A stretch of 63,996 nucleotides of DNA, filler included, from an uncultured bacterium (lineage in GTDB: Bacteria > DAOPZR01), in assembly GCA_964637655.1 (NCBI GenBank). It is 8 parts of 8 records of this genome, joined end to end, with 100 filler letters (N's around TTAATTAATTAA, not from the genome) between each part and the next. Parts side by side here need not be neighbours in the genome. Positions count along the whole stretch, not along the records: positions 25,223 to 33,136 come from CAZWUZ010000183.1; positions 33,237 to 41,086 come from CAZWUZ010000185.1; 6 more parts are not named here. One strand, 5' to 3'. Below the pieces are notes generated by a model. The model saw nothing but the letters and a program-made list of their open reading frames with translations. It was not told the origin of the DNA and did not search any database. A program made the position numbers and the translations under genes. Positions 26,527 to 36,254 of this stretch are shown in pieces (position 1 is the first letter of the stretch; every line of letters begins with the position of its first letter).

Positions 26527-27717
26527 TCAGCGCGAGCAGGCGAGTGCGTACTGATTGCGGAAAGCGACCACCCCGTCGGCGATGCCGCCGGCAACAAGGT
26601 CCTGGTACTCGGGATTGGCGAGGCGGGCCGCGTCGGCGGCGTTGGTGATAAAGGCGGTCTCCACGAGCACGGCTGGCATGAGGGCGCCGCGCAGCACGTA
26701 GAAGTTGGCGCTCTTGACGCCGCGGTCGGCGACCCCGAGGCGCGGCACGACCTGTTTCTTGATGAGGCCGGCGAGTTCCACCGATTCCTGCTGGTACTCG
26801 GTGAGTTGCAGCGAGGCGAGGATGCCGCCCACCCCGCTCTGGTACTGGCGGCGGCTTTCCGCGCTTTCGTACTCGATGGCGGCGTTTTCCAGCGCGGCGG
26901 TGGCGCGGGCGCTGTTGTCAGACGCCTCGGCGGCGAGCACGAAAATCTCGAAACCGCTGGCGCTGCTGTTGACGCTGGCATTGCAGTGGATGGAGATGAA
27001 CAGGTCGGCATGCTCGTCGTTGGCGAGTTTCGTGCGCCCGCCCAGCGAAATGAAACGGTCATCCTGCCGCGGGAAGACGAGCTGCACTCCGGGGAGGCGC
27101 TGGCGCAGGTGTTCGGCGGTGCGCAGGGCGATGGCGAGATTGATCTCACTCTCGCGCAGACCGTTGCCGACGGCGCCCGGGTCGGTCCCGCCGTGCCCCG
27201 CGTCGATGACGATGCGCCGCAATTCGAAGCGCGAGGTGCCGGGAACCGGCGCGGGGAGAACGGGCGGGGGGGCCGGCGCGACGACCCGCGCCGCCGGCGC
27301 CTGCGCCAGCGTGCGGTTGCTGAAGGTAATCGTGCGGCCGCTCACGCGGGTCAGTTCTTCCGCCACTGCCGCGGCGGGGAGGTAGAGGTCGCCGTCGGCG
27401 AATTCGCCCGCCGCAGGGAGAAAGGCGACGCTGCCGTCGCGCAGAAAGTAACGCTCCCCCGCGAGAAAACGCGCGCCGGTGGTGGTGCTGCCGACGGTGG
27501 CCGCGGCCAGCAGCGGATCGATGCGGCAGTCGATGCCGAGCGCGCTGCAGGCGCCGCCGAGCGGCAGCAGGTCGATGCCGGCGCTCTGCCGCGCGGTGAG
27601 CGTGCGCACCCCGCCATCCGTGCGCACCGTGATGTTTTCCGCCTGCGCGGTTTGTCCGAACAGCAGCGAACAGAACAACGCGATGAGGATGGCGTAGAGC
27701 AGCGGGTAGCGGGTCAT
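26527..27717 (-). CDS. N-acetylmuramoyl-L-alanine amidase (Amidase_3, AmiA/C-like)
   Basis: Signal peptide; IDAGHGGTDPGA, ESEINL, FISIHCNA and PAVLVETAFITN motifs. Confidence 0.93.
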   Translation of the reverse strand: MTRYPLLYAILIALFCSLLFGQTAQAENITVRTDGGVRTLTARQSAGIDLLPLGGACSALGIDCRIDPLLAAATVGSTTTGARFLAGERYFLRDGSVAFLPAAGEFADGDLYLPAAAVAEELTRVSGRTITFSNRTLAQAPAARVVAPAPPPVLPAPVPGTSRFELRRIVIDAGHGGTDPGAVGNGLRESEINLAIALRTAEHLRQRLPGVQLVFPRQDDRFISLGGRTKLANDEHADLFISIHCNASVNSSASGFEIFVLAAEASDNSARATAALENAAIEYESAESRRQYQSGVGGILASLQLTEYQQESVELAGLIKKQVVPRLGVADRGVKSANFYVLRGALMPAVLVETAFITNAADAARLANPEYQDLVAGGIADGVVAFRNQYALACSR

Positions 27718-27970
27718 GACGTCGTCTCCTGGTTCGTCCCGGCCGCGGCATGCACACGCGGCCTGCTGCCGTATCTATCGGTATATATGACAGCCGGCAT
27801 TATCACTTTGTTGCCGGGAGGAAATTATCGATACAAAAACGCAGCGCTTCACCCTCATCCAACCTTCCCCCTCAGAGAGGGTGAGGGGAAACAGTTGCAA
27901 CCGGGAGCATTGTTGAACAACCCGGGCATGCAGAGAACAGCAGTACCTGACCACGGCAGCACACGGAGAT

Positions 27971-28129
27971 TTTCACCGCCGGGCACGCAGAGCACACAGA
28001 GAAGTACAAGGCGAGGGAGCAAGTGATCAGCCGGTGGCGGACAAAGCCGCCACGAACATGCACGACCGACAGCAGCACGGGAGGATGACCCGCAATCGCT
28101 CCGTGTGCTCCGCGTGCTCAGCGGTGAAA
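27971..28129. repeat. Pair of 31-bp imperfect inverted repeats (CAC(G/A)GAG-type REP/MITE-like family)
   Basis: 27971-28001 tttcaccgccgggcacgcagagcacacagag pairs with 28099-28129. Related copies at 54103-54132, 60403-60430 and 60446-60472. Confidence 0.75.
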
Positions 28130-28512
28130 GCAGTGGCAAGGCGGAGGCAGTACCGGCGGAATGATTACTGAGACACCATCCGGCCTCCGCCGTGGTGAGG
28201 AACAGGGGACATACCGGACGGTTGACTGGCAAAAAAGCGCAATTCCTGGCAGGCCGGGTGACCCACCAGTCAGCACGAAGCCCCTGCAGGTTGACCACAA
28301 TATTCCGCCATCTGTTGCAGTTGCATGAGTAATGGCTATTCGGCAGGATACCTGTATTCGGGCATCAGGGTTGCATGTAAATACAGTTGGATGTTGCTAC
28401 GGTTGCTTATGGGCGGGGCACCGGGTTGGTCCCCTGACGGTTACGGCACAACTGATACCGATTACCTGTTGCGTGCGATGACTGCACGGCAGACAGCACA
28501 AGGAGAACGGCG

Positions 28513-29052
28513 ATGCGGCGTCTGTGCATGCTCTTGACGTGTTGTCTGCTCGTGGCGGGCGCGGCGGCGCCGGCGCGCGCGACCGTGCGGCCAGCCACTG
28601 CCGACACGGGTGCCGCTGTCGCTGCCGCACCGTTCAGCGCGGAGCAGGTCATGGCCGAGATCAACGCGGAACGCCGTCGGGCCGGACTGGTGGAATTGCA
28701 GCAGCACCTGACGCTGACGCGGGCGGCGCTGCGGCACAGTAGCGACATGGCGGCGCGCAACTATCTGGCGCATGATGTGCCTGGCGGTCCGCAGTTTGCC
28801 GAGCGGGCGGCGGCAATCGGCTATCCCTATCGCGAGCTGTCGGAAAACGTGGCGCGCGGTTATCGCACCCCGCGCGAACTGGTGGCGGCCTGGATGGCGT
28901 CGCCCAGTCATCGTGCCGCCATCCTCAACCCCGTCTTCCGCGATATCGGTATCGGGCTGGCCGCGGGATGGCAGCATGGCCGCCTGACGATAAGCGCCGA
29001 CGCCATGTTCGGCGTCCAGAGCGGGCAGGCGCTGCTGCTGTCCCGGCAGTAG
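28513..29052 (+). CDS. Secreted CAP/SCP-domain protein
   Basis: INAERRRAGL, HSSDMA, ENVARG and WMASPSHRAAIL motifs. Confidence 0.92.
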   Translation: MRRLCMLLTCCLLVAGAAAPARATVRPATADTGAAVAAAPFSAEQVMAEINAERRRAGLVELQQHLTLTRAALRHSSDMAARNYLAHDVPGGPQFAERAAAIGYPYRELSENVARGYRTPRELVAAWMASPSHRAAILNPVFRDIGIGLAAGWQHGRLTISADAMFGVQSGQALLLSRQ

Positions 29053-29263
29053 CCGCCCGCTCCCCTCACCCCTCCGGAACCAGCGCAAACAAGCAGGCGC
29101 CCCTGCCTGCTGCCGGCACCATCCCCAGTCGCCTCTCCCCCCCGCAAAGCGGAAATCAGTCAGATAAAAGCGGAATCGGCCAATGGGCTGACCGCAGCTT
29201 TGCGGGTATACTTTTATTCACGAAGGACAGAAGTAAATCCAGTTGCACAGGGAGAGTGGCACA

Positions 29264-30538
29264 ATGAGAAAGTTCGCAGTGGGGATGATGGTGCTGGCAT
29301 TGCTGGGGTTGCTGGCGGGGAGTGTGCTGGCGGGCACCGTGGAGATCCGGCGCATCTATTTTGTCATCGACAAGTCGGATATCCTGCCGGCGTCCCAGCC
29401 GGTGCTCCGCGAAGTGGCCAACCTGTTGCGCGCCAATCCGGAATTGCGCATCACCCTGGTCGGCAACACCTGCGACCTGGAGTCGGACGCGTACAATCTG
29501 GCGCTGTCGAAACGGCGGGCGGACAGTGCGCTGGATTATCTGATGAATGTGGAAGGGATCGGGCGGGACCGGGTGGTGCAAACCTGGGTTGGTGAAGAGG
29601 ATCCGCGCTTCCCGAACACCAGCGAGGAAAACCGCGCCAAGAATCGCCGGGTCGTGATGCAGATGTACATCCCGTCCGAAGTGGCGGCCGTGGTCCCGCC
29701 GGCAGCGGTCCCGCCGGCAGCGGACAAGCCGGCAGTCCTGGCGGCAACGGTTGTTGCCCCGGCGTCGATCATCCGCACCGTCACCACGTCAGTCGTTGAT
29801 GCGAACGGCAACTTCATGCCCGGGCTGGTCGCGAACCAGTTTGTGGTCAGGGAAGCCGGCCAGCGCAAGGACATCGTCAGCGTCCGTTCCGCGATGGCCC
29901 GCATCAATTCCTCCGTGGCCCTGCTGCTCGACCTGAGCAACAGCATCTGCCTGGTCGACCTGCGTGATGCGACCCGCGATTTCCTCGCGTGGGCGAATCC
30001 CGCCGACCGTTTCCTGATGGTCGGTTTCGACGAAAACACCGAAGTGCTGAGTGCGAACGGCAGCAACCGTGACGCGCTGCTCAACCAGCTCAATGGTCTC
30101 GAGCGTGCGAGCGGCACGCATCTCTATGATGCGGTCGCGGAACTCAGCAGCAACCAGCTGGCGGCCCGGCCCGCGCCGCGCTACCTGATGGTCTTCAGCG
30201 ACGGCATCGACGAAGGCGCCGGCGCGTTCGGCAGCGGCAGTGTGAAATCGCTCGACCAGGCAGTGGCGGCGGCGAAGGCGAGCGGGGTCAAATTGATCAC
30301 CGTCGAACTCGGCCCGACCACGACGGCCGGACGTCAGACCATGCAGGCCCTGGCCAGCCGCACCGGCGGGCAGGCGTATGTGTGGGATCACGACGGCGGC
30401 CCGGCGCAGTTCGCCGACATCTACCGGACGCTCGGCACCGGCGGCCTGAACGGCACCTACACCATCGATTATCGCACCGAAGAGAATTCGCCAGCCACGC
30501 CGGTGGTGGTCACGAGCACCGTAGGCAGAATCAAATAG
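29264..30538 (+). CDS. Secreted OmpA-like peptidoglycan-binding domain plus vWA domain protein
   Basis: GNTCD...YNLALSKRRA...NRRV (OmpA_C); LLLDLSNS MIDAS, THLYDA and FSDG (vWA). Confidence 0.9.
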   Translation: MRKFAVGMMVLALLGLLAGSVLAGTVEIRRIYFVIDKSDILPASQPVLREVANLLRANPELRITLVGNTCDLESDAYNLALSKRRADSALDYLMNVEGIGRDRVVQTWVGEEDPRFPNTSEENRAKNRRVVMQMYIPSEVAAVVPPAAVPPAADKPAVLAATVVAPASIIRTVTTSVVDANGNFMPGLVANQFVVREAGQRKDIVSVRSAMARINSSVALLLDLSNSICLVDLRDATRDFLAWANPADRFLMVGFDENTEVLSANGSNRDALLNQLNGLERASGTHLYDAVAELSSNQLAARPAPRYLMVFSDGIDEGAGAFGSGSVKSLDQAVAAAKASGVKLITVELGPTTTAGRQTMQALASRTGGQAYVWDHDGGPAQFADIYRTLGTGGLNGTYTIDYRTEENSPATPVVVTSTVGRIK

Positions 30539-30587
30539 CTGCCGCGCGCGATCTGGTCGCGACGGCATGACGAAGGGGGGGAGCACA

Positions 30588-30731
30588 ATGAAGAAAGTCA
30601 GTTTGCTGTTGCTGGCAGGCATCATGCTGCTGCTGTATTCAGGGTGCACCAACGCGCAGGCCGGCACGGTCATCGGGGCCGGGGTGGGCGCTGGCGCGGG
30701 CTACGTTATCGGGAATGAGATGGACGAGTAG
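30588..30731 (+). CDS. 47-aa glycine-zipper lipoprotein (absent from the ORF track)
   Basis: MKKVSLLLLAGIMLLLYSGC-TNAQAGTVIGAGVGAGAGYVIGNEMDE*. It has a GGGGAG RBS, a lipobox-like YSG|C and GxxxG repeats. Confidence 0.8.
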   Translation: MKKVSLLLLAGIMLLLYSGCTNAQAGTVIGAGVGAGAGYVIGNEMDE

Positions 30732-30855
30732 TGCTGACCGGCCGGGCAATTCAGTCCGGCACGGGTCAGGCAGCTGCCTTCGCCACAGCGCGCATGGCCA
30801 CTCCGGGCGTGCGTGGATCAGGCGACGGTCGCGCGCAGGATGAGCATAACGTCAG

Positions 30856-30884
30856 CGGCACCGGGAACTTCCCGGTGCCGTTTT
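30856..30884 (+). terminator. Rho-independent terminator
   Basis: cggcaccgggaa-c-ttcccggtgccg hairpin followed by TTTT. Confidence 0.7.
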
Positions 30885-31030
30885 CATGGTACGCCGGGTG
30901 GCAGACGGGGAATGCGGATATTAGTCAGGGAAATGTGGAAATCGACCATGGCAAATATCCGCAGTGGCGGGTACAATTGTAGATGGTCAGGGCGTCAGGG
31001 ACGTTGCCCTGCGGGCAGTGAGGGAGAGTC

Positions 31031-31762
31031 ATGGAGAAACGGGCCGGGTCAGGCCGGGTTGAGGAGCAGGCGTCGCGGCCGGTGCAGTTGGCCGCGGGCT
31101 GCCGGTGTGCCGGCACAGCAATCGCGAAACCGGGCCCGACCATCCTCATTCTCTACTACAGCAGGTACGGCAACAACCATCGCCTGGCGCTGGAAGTGGC
31201 GCGCGGGGTGACGGACGCCGGCGGCGAAGTGCGCCTGCGTCTCGTGCCTGAACCAAAACCGACGGCGGCCGGCGCCAACGAGGAACTGCTCAACCAGGCC
31301 CGCGCGGCGCAGCGTGACGTAGCCGTGGCCACGGTGGCCGACCTGGCGGATATCGACGGCATTGTTCTCGGCTCGCCCCCGCAGTTCGGGACCATGTGCG
31401 TCGAGCTGCGTGATTTCCTGTATCAGGCGGGTGACCTGTGGCAGCAGTCGGCATGGGACGGCACGCCGGCCGGGGTGTTCAGCACGTCCTCGACGATGAG
31501 TGGCGGGGAACAGGACGCCATGACGGCGATGATGTCCACCCTGCTGCATCACGGGGCGCTGCTCGTGGGGGTGCCCTACGCCGGGGCGGAATTGACGACC
31601 GGCCGGGAGACGGGTACGCCGTACGAACCGCCGGCGGTGATCAGCCCGCTGTCGGGCCAGCCGCCCGGCGCGGCAGCCATGGCCAATGCCCGTGCGCTGG
31701 GCCGGCGTGTGACGCAGTTTGCCGGATGCTGCCGGGCGGCGGCCGGAACGGACGGTGGCTGA
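31031..31762 (+). CDS. wrbA: WrbA-like flavodoxin NAD(P)H:quinone oxidoreductase (divergent; start uncertain)
   Basis: YYSRYGN, DGIVLGSPPQFGTM, GGEQ, LLHHG...GVPY and ARALGRRV motifs. Confidence 0.75.
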   Translation: MEKRAGSGRVEEQASRPVQLAAGCRCAGTAIAKPGPTILILYYSRYGNNHRLALEVARGVTDAGGEVRLRLVPEPKPTAAGANEELLNQARAAQRDVAVATVADLADIDGIVLGSPPQFGTMCVELRDFLYQAGDLWQQSAWDGTPAGVFSTSSTMSGGEQDAMTAMMSTLLHHGALLVGVPYAGAELTTGRETGTPYEPPAVISPLSGQPPGAAAMANARALGRRVTQFAGCCRAAAGTDGG

Positions 31763-31764
31763 CT

Positions 31765-33136
31765 ATGGCGCGCCCGACCCGGCAACCGGCACGGTATCCG
31801 CTGCCGGCCGACGACGGCGAAGCCGGCCGCTGCGTCGACGGAAACGTGGTTCGCCTGGCGCTGCCCGGCAGTGACCTGCAGCCGTATGCGCACGACGGCA
31901 GGGCACCGGCGGGCCCCATCCTCATTGTCGATGATGACGAGGTTTTCCGCAGCGAGTTCCGGGACTGTTTTGCCGAATTCGCCATCGTCGAGGCACCGAG
32001 CGGCGAGGCGGCACTGGCGCTGCTCCACCAGCCGCATACCATCCAGTTGATCCTCCTCGATATCCGGCTGGCGCATGGCTGCGGGCAGGCGGAAGATGGG
32101 GCCCGGCGCCTCGACGGCCTGGCCACCTGCCGGCGGCTCAAAGCCGATGCCGCCCTGCGGGATATTCCGGTCATTTTCATGACCGCACTCGCGGAAACCG
32201 CGGAAAAGGTGCGGGGGTTCGCGGCGGGTGGCGTTGATTATATCACCAAGCCGTTTCAACTGGCGGAAGTGCGGGCCCGTATCACCACCCACCTGGCGCT
32301 GCACGCCATGCAGGCGCAGGTGCGCACGACCAATGTCAAGTTGCAGCAGGCGCATGACGGTCTGGAACAGCGGGTGACAGCACGGACGTGTGAACTGGCG
32401 CGTTCCAACCGCATGCTCCGCGCGCTCAGCGAATGCAATCTGGCCCTGGTGCGGGCGACCGACGAGGCGACCCTGCTGCGGGAGATCTGCCGGATCGTGG
32501 TCGAGTTCGGCGGCTATCCGCTGGCCTGGGTGGGTGTGGCCGAAGATGATGCCGGAAAAACCGTGCGGCCGATAACCTACGCGGGCAACGGCGACGGGTA
32601 TCTTGACAGCATCAGGTCTTCCTGGGCGGATACCCCGGCGGGTCAGGGTCCCACCGGCAGGGCCATCCGCTCGGGCGAACCGGAAATCGTCCGGGATATT
32701 GCGGCTGACGAATACTACCTCCCCTGGCGGGCGGAAACCGTACGGCGCGGCCTGTGCTCAGCCATCGCGGTCCCGCTGCGCAACGAACAGCGGGTGTGGG
32801 GTACCCTGAACATCTACGCGGCGGAGCGCGATGCGTTCCAGGCGGCGGCAGTCGAAGTGCTGACGGAATTGAGCGGCAACCTGGCATACGGCATCATGGC
32901 GTTGCGTACCGGGGTGGAGCGCCGGCAGGCGGAAGCACGCATCCGGGAAATGAACGAACAGCTGCTGCAGGCAAACCGGGAACTGCTGACCCTCGACGAA
33001 ATGAAAAACAACCTCATGGCCAACATGTCGCATGAACTGCGGACCCCGCTGGTGGCGGTGCGCGGCTTTGCCGAAATGATGCTGGAAAACAAGCCGCCGC
33101 TGGCGCTGGAACAGCAATGCCGGTACCTGCAGGTCA
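31765..33136 (+). CDS. REC-GAF-HisKA hybrid sensor kinase (3' truncated)
   Basis: IVDDD...LLDI...DYITKPF receiver domain, GAF (GQGPTGRAIR) and MSHELRTPL H-box. Confidence 0.9.
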
Positions 33137-33319
33137 NNNNNNNNNNNNNNNNNNNNNNNNNNNNNNNNNNNNNNNNNNNNTTAATTAATTAANNNNNNNN
33201 NNNNNNNNNNNNNNNNNNNNNNNNNNNNNNNNNNNNGCCGGTCGCCCGCGTTGACAAGCGTCGACGGGTGAATTACCATGCCGTGGAGCCGCGCCCCGGG
33301 CGCGGGAGAAGGAGCGCGG

Positions 33320-34765
33320 ATGACCGCACCGACGGCGCTGCAACAGGCGACCCACGACCGCAAGGTGCTGCTGCAGACAGCGCGGGCCATCATGATGGAA
33401 CGCGATCTCGGCCGCCTGCTCACCTTCATCATCGAGTCGGTGTCGAACCTGCTGGACGCCGAACGCAGCACGCTCTTCCTCGTTGATGCCGATACCCAGG
33501 AACTCTGGTCACGCATCGCCCAGGGGAGCGAGGTCAAGGAAATCCGCCTCCCCATCGGCAAGGGGATAGCCGGCACCGTCGCCCGCACCCGCGCACGGAT
33601 CAACATCCCCGATGCGTACGCCGACCCGCGCTTCGACCGCGCGACGGATTTGCGCACCGGCTATCATACCCGCTCGCTGCTCTGCCTGCCGATGTTCGAC
33701 CGCGAGGGGGAAACCCTCGGGGTGCTGCAGGTGCTCAACAAGCGGGGGGGGCCGTTCACCGATACCGACGAGGAGCTGCTCGAGGCGCTGGCGGCGCAGG
33801 CGAGTGTCGCCATCGAGAACGCCCAGCTCTACGAGGAGACCAAGCGCGTCTTCCGCTCGCTGGTGCAGACCCTGGCCGCGGCCATCGACGCGCGCGATCC
33901 CGCCACCGCCGGCCATTCCGAGCGCGTCGCCTACTATGCCCGGCGCCTGGCACAGGCGCTGGCGCTGCCGCCGGAACAGTGCGAACTGCTCGAGTACGCG
34001 GCGCTGCTGCACGATGTCGGCAAGATCGGGGTGCGCGATGCGGTGTTGCTCAAGGAAGGAAAACTGACGGATGAGGAGTTTGCCGTCATCCGCTCGCATG
34101 CCGCCCAGACGCGCGACATTCTTGCCAATATCTGGCTGTCGCATGCGCTGCATGACCTGCCTGACTGCGCCGCGGCCCATCATGAGAAATTCGACGGCTC
34201 GGGTTATCCGAACCGCCTGCGCGGTGAGGACATCCCGCTGCTGGCGCGTATCATCGCGGTTGCTGACGTGTATGACGCACTGGTGGCGCAGGACCGCCCG
34301 TACAAGAAGGCAATGCCGGTGGCCGAGGCGCTCGCCCGGCTTGAGGCGGGGGCGGGGACGCATTTCGATCCGGCCCTGGTGCGCCTGTTCATTGACCGGA
34401 AACTGTATGAACTCGAACGCCGCCACTGCACCCGCTACGCGCTCGATTTGACGGTTTATTTCCGGCCGCTCGACCGGTTCGAGGTGGTCAGGCGTTTGGC
34501 GACGGCACCCGGCAATGTCAGTGCCACCGGGCTGATGTTCTACACGGAGGAGGCGCTGGCGATCGGCACCCATATTTACGTCACCCTGGTGCTGCCTGAC
34601 GGTGAATTCGAGGCGCTGGGCCAGGTGATGCGCGTGGTCTGGCATGCGTCACTGGGGCAGCATGAAATCGGCGTGCGGCTGGTCAACCTGCCGCAGCAGC
34701 TGGCACAGCGGCTGGAGACGGTGCTCAAACGCTGCGCCGCGGAAGGAAAGGAGCGCCCGGCATGA
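33320..34765 (+). CDS. GAF-HD-GYP-PilZ c-di-GMP phosphodiesterase
   Basis: GAF with LNK...F...D, LHDVGK, HHEKFDGSGYP and ADVYDAL; C-terminal RHCTR and NVSATG PilZ motifs. TTGACA-17-TACCAT promoter at 33251-33279. Confidence 0.92.
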   Translation: MTAPTALQQATHDRKVLLQTARAIMMERDLGRLLTFIIESVSNLLDAERSTLFLVDADTQELWSRIAQGSEVKEIRLPIGKGIAGTVARTRARINIPDAYADPRFDRATDLRTGYHTRSLLCLPMFDREGETLGVLQVLNKRGGPFTDTDEELLEALAAQASVAIENAQLYEETKRVFRSLVQTLAAAIDARDPATAGHSERVAYYARRLAQALALPPEQCELLEYAALLHDVGKIGVRDAVLLKEGKLTDEEFAVIRSHAAQTRDILANIWLSHALHDLPDCAAAHHEKFDGSGYPNRLRGEDIPLLARIIAVADVYDALVAQDRPYKKAMPVAEALARLEAGAGTHFDPALVRLFIDRKLYELERRHCTRYALDLTVYFRPLDRFEVVRRLATAPGNVSATGLMFYTEEALAIGTHIYVTLVLPDGEFEALGQVMRVVWHASLGQHEIGVRLVNLPQQLAQRLETVLKRCAAEGKERPA

Positions 34766-36250
34766 TTATCGACGGGGATAACCAGGACAAGTTTGACGTG
34801 TCGCTCGCGGAGCTGGAAAAGATGCTCGGGGGCGGCCTGACTGCCGGTGCGGCGGCACCGGCGGAACAGCAGCTGGCGGCGGTCGATGCCGTTGACTGGG
34901 ACGCGGTGCTCAGTGCGGTTGATGCCCCGGTGGGCGAAACCGGTGCTGCTCCTGTGCCGGCCGCGGAACCTGTTGCCGTACAGCCCGTCACGGAGGAACG
35001 GGAAACGCTGCCGGAGCCGGTAACGGAACTGCCGGCAGCGGCACTGACTCCGGATGCCGAACTTGAGGCGCTGCTCGGGCAACTGGGAAGCCCGGCCACC
35101 GACGAACTGCCGGTGGAACTGCCGGAACCGGTGGTGCCGGTCGCGGAACCGGTCAGTGAGTCGCCGGTGGCGGTGGAACCTGAACCGACGCCGGAGCCGG
35201 TGGCGGAACTGCCGGCAGCAGCACTGACGCCGGATGCCGAACTTGAGGCGCTGCTCGGGCAACTGGGAAGCCCGGCCACCGACGNNNNNNNNNNNNNNNN
35301 NNNNNNNNNNNNNNNNNNNNNNNNNNNNNNNNNNNNNNNNNNNNNNNNNNNNNNNNNNNNNNNNNNNNNNNNNNNNNNNNNNNNAACCGACGCCGGAGCC
35401 GGTGGCGGAACTGCCGGCAGCAGCACTGACGCCGGATGCTGACCTTGACGCGCTGCTCGGGCAGTTAGGCAGTTTGTCGACGGACGCATTGCCGGTGGAA
35501 CTGCCGGAACCGGTTGCGCCGGCGCCGGCACCCGCTATGGAGCAGTCCGCCGCCGCCCCGGCCCCGGAACTGGAACTGGAACCTGCGCCGGAACTGCCGG
35601 CAGCAACTGACGATGAGAGCGAACCGCCGGCATGGGGAGCAGCGGAGGCGGGGATCGAGACGCTGTCTCCCCCGGTGCTGCCGGTGGCGGAACAGGAAGA
35701 ACTGGCGGCAGCACTCTCCGGTTTGACGGTTGGTGCTGCGGGCGCGGCGCTGGCCGCCGGGGCGCTGACCCCCGCCCCGGTGACGCCGACAGCGGCGGCA
35801 CGCCCCGCTGCGCCGGTGGCACCGTCACGAACTGCCGCCCGGGAAACGCCGCCCCCGCCGGTCAGTCTGTCGCCGGAAAAACAGGTACTGGCCTGTCTCA
35901 AGGCGGGTATGTTCCGCGAGGCGCAGGGCCTGCTCAAGCAGCTGATTGTCGCGTCACCGGCGAATGCCGACCACTACTTCAACCTGTCGGTGGCCTGCCA
36001 GCGCCTGCATGACCGGGCCGGAGCGCGGGCGGCGCTTGAACGCTGTCTCGAACTCGATCCGCATCAGTACCGCGCGATGTGCAACCTCGCGGGCCTGTAC
36101 TATGAAGACGGCGATCTGGCGGGCGCGCAGGAACTGCTGGAACAGGCGGTGAGCATCAACCCGTTTGACACCCACAGCGCCAACAACCTGCGGCTTATCC
36201 GCCGCCAGCGCAGCGGCACGGTCAACGACAAGCGGCGCGTACGCCGCTGA
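34762..36250 (+). CDS. Acidic Pro/Glu-rich repeat protein with C-terminal TPR; interrupted by scaffold gap 35285-35384
   Basis: At least three copies of PEPV(A/T)ELPAAALTPDA(E/D)L(E/D)ALLGQLGS; TPR motifs after about 35880. The frame differs across the N gap. Confidence 0.75.
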
Positions 36251-36254
36251 CCTG

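Noticed and set aside
28320-28510. Riboswitch (c-di-GMP or cobalamin) in long intergenic regions, including 29130-29210 and 30735-30850
   Set aside because: Hairpins are present but I could not recognise conserved riboswitch cores. An Infernal/Rfam scan would be needed.
35008-35520. Possible CRISPR array
   Set aside because: The repeats are long, in-frame and protein-coding, with no repeat-spacer pattern and no cas genes.
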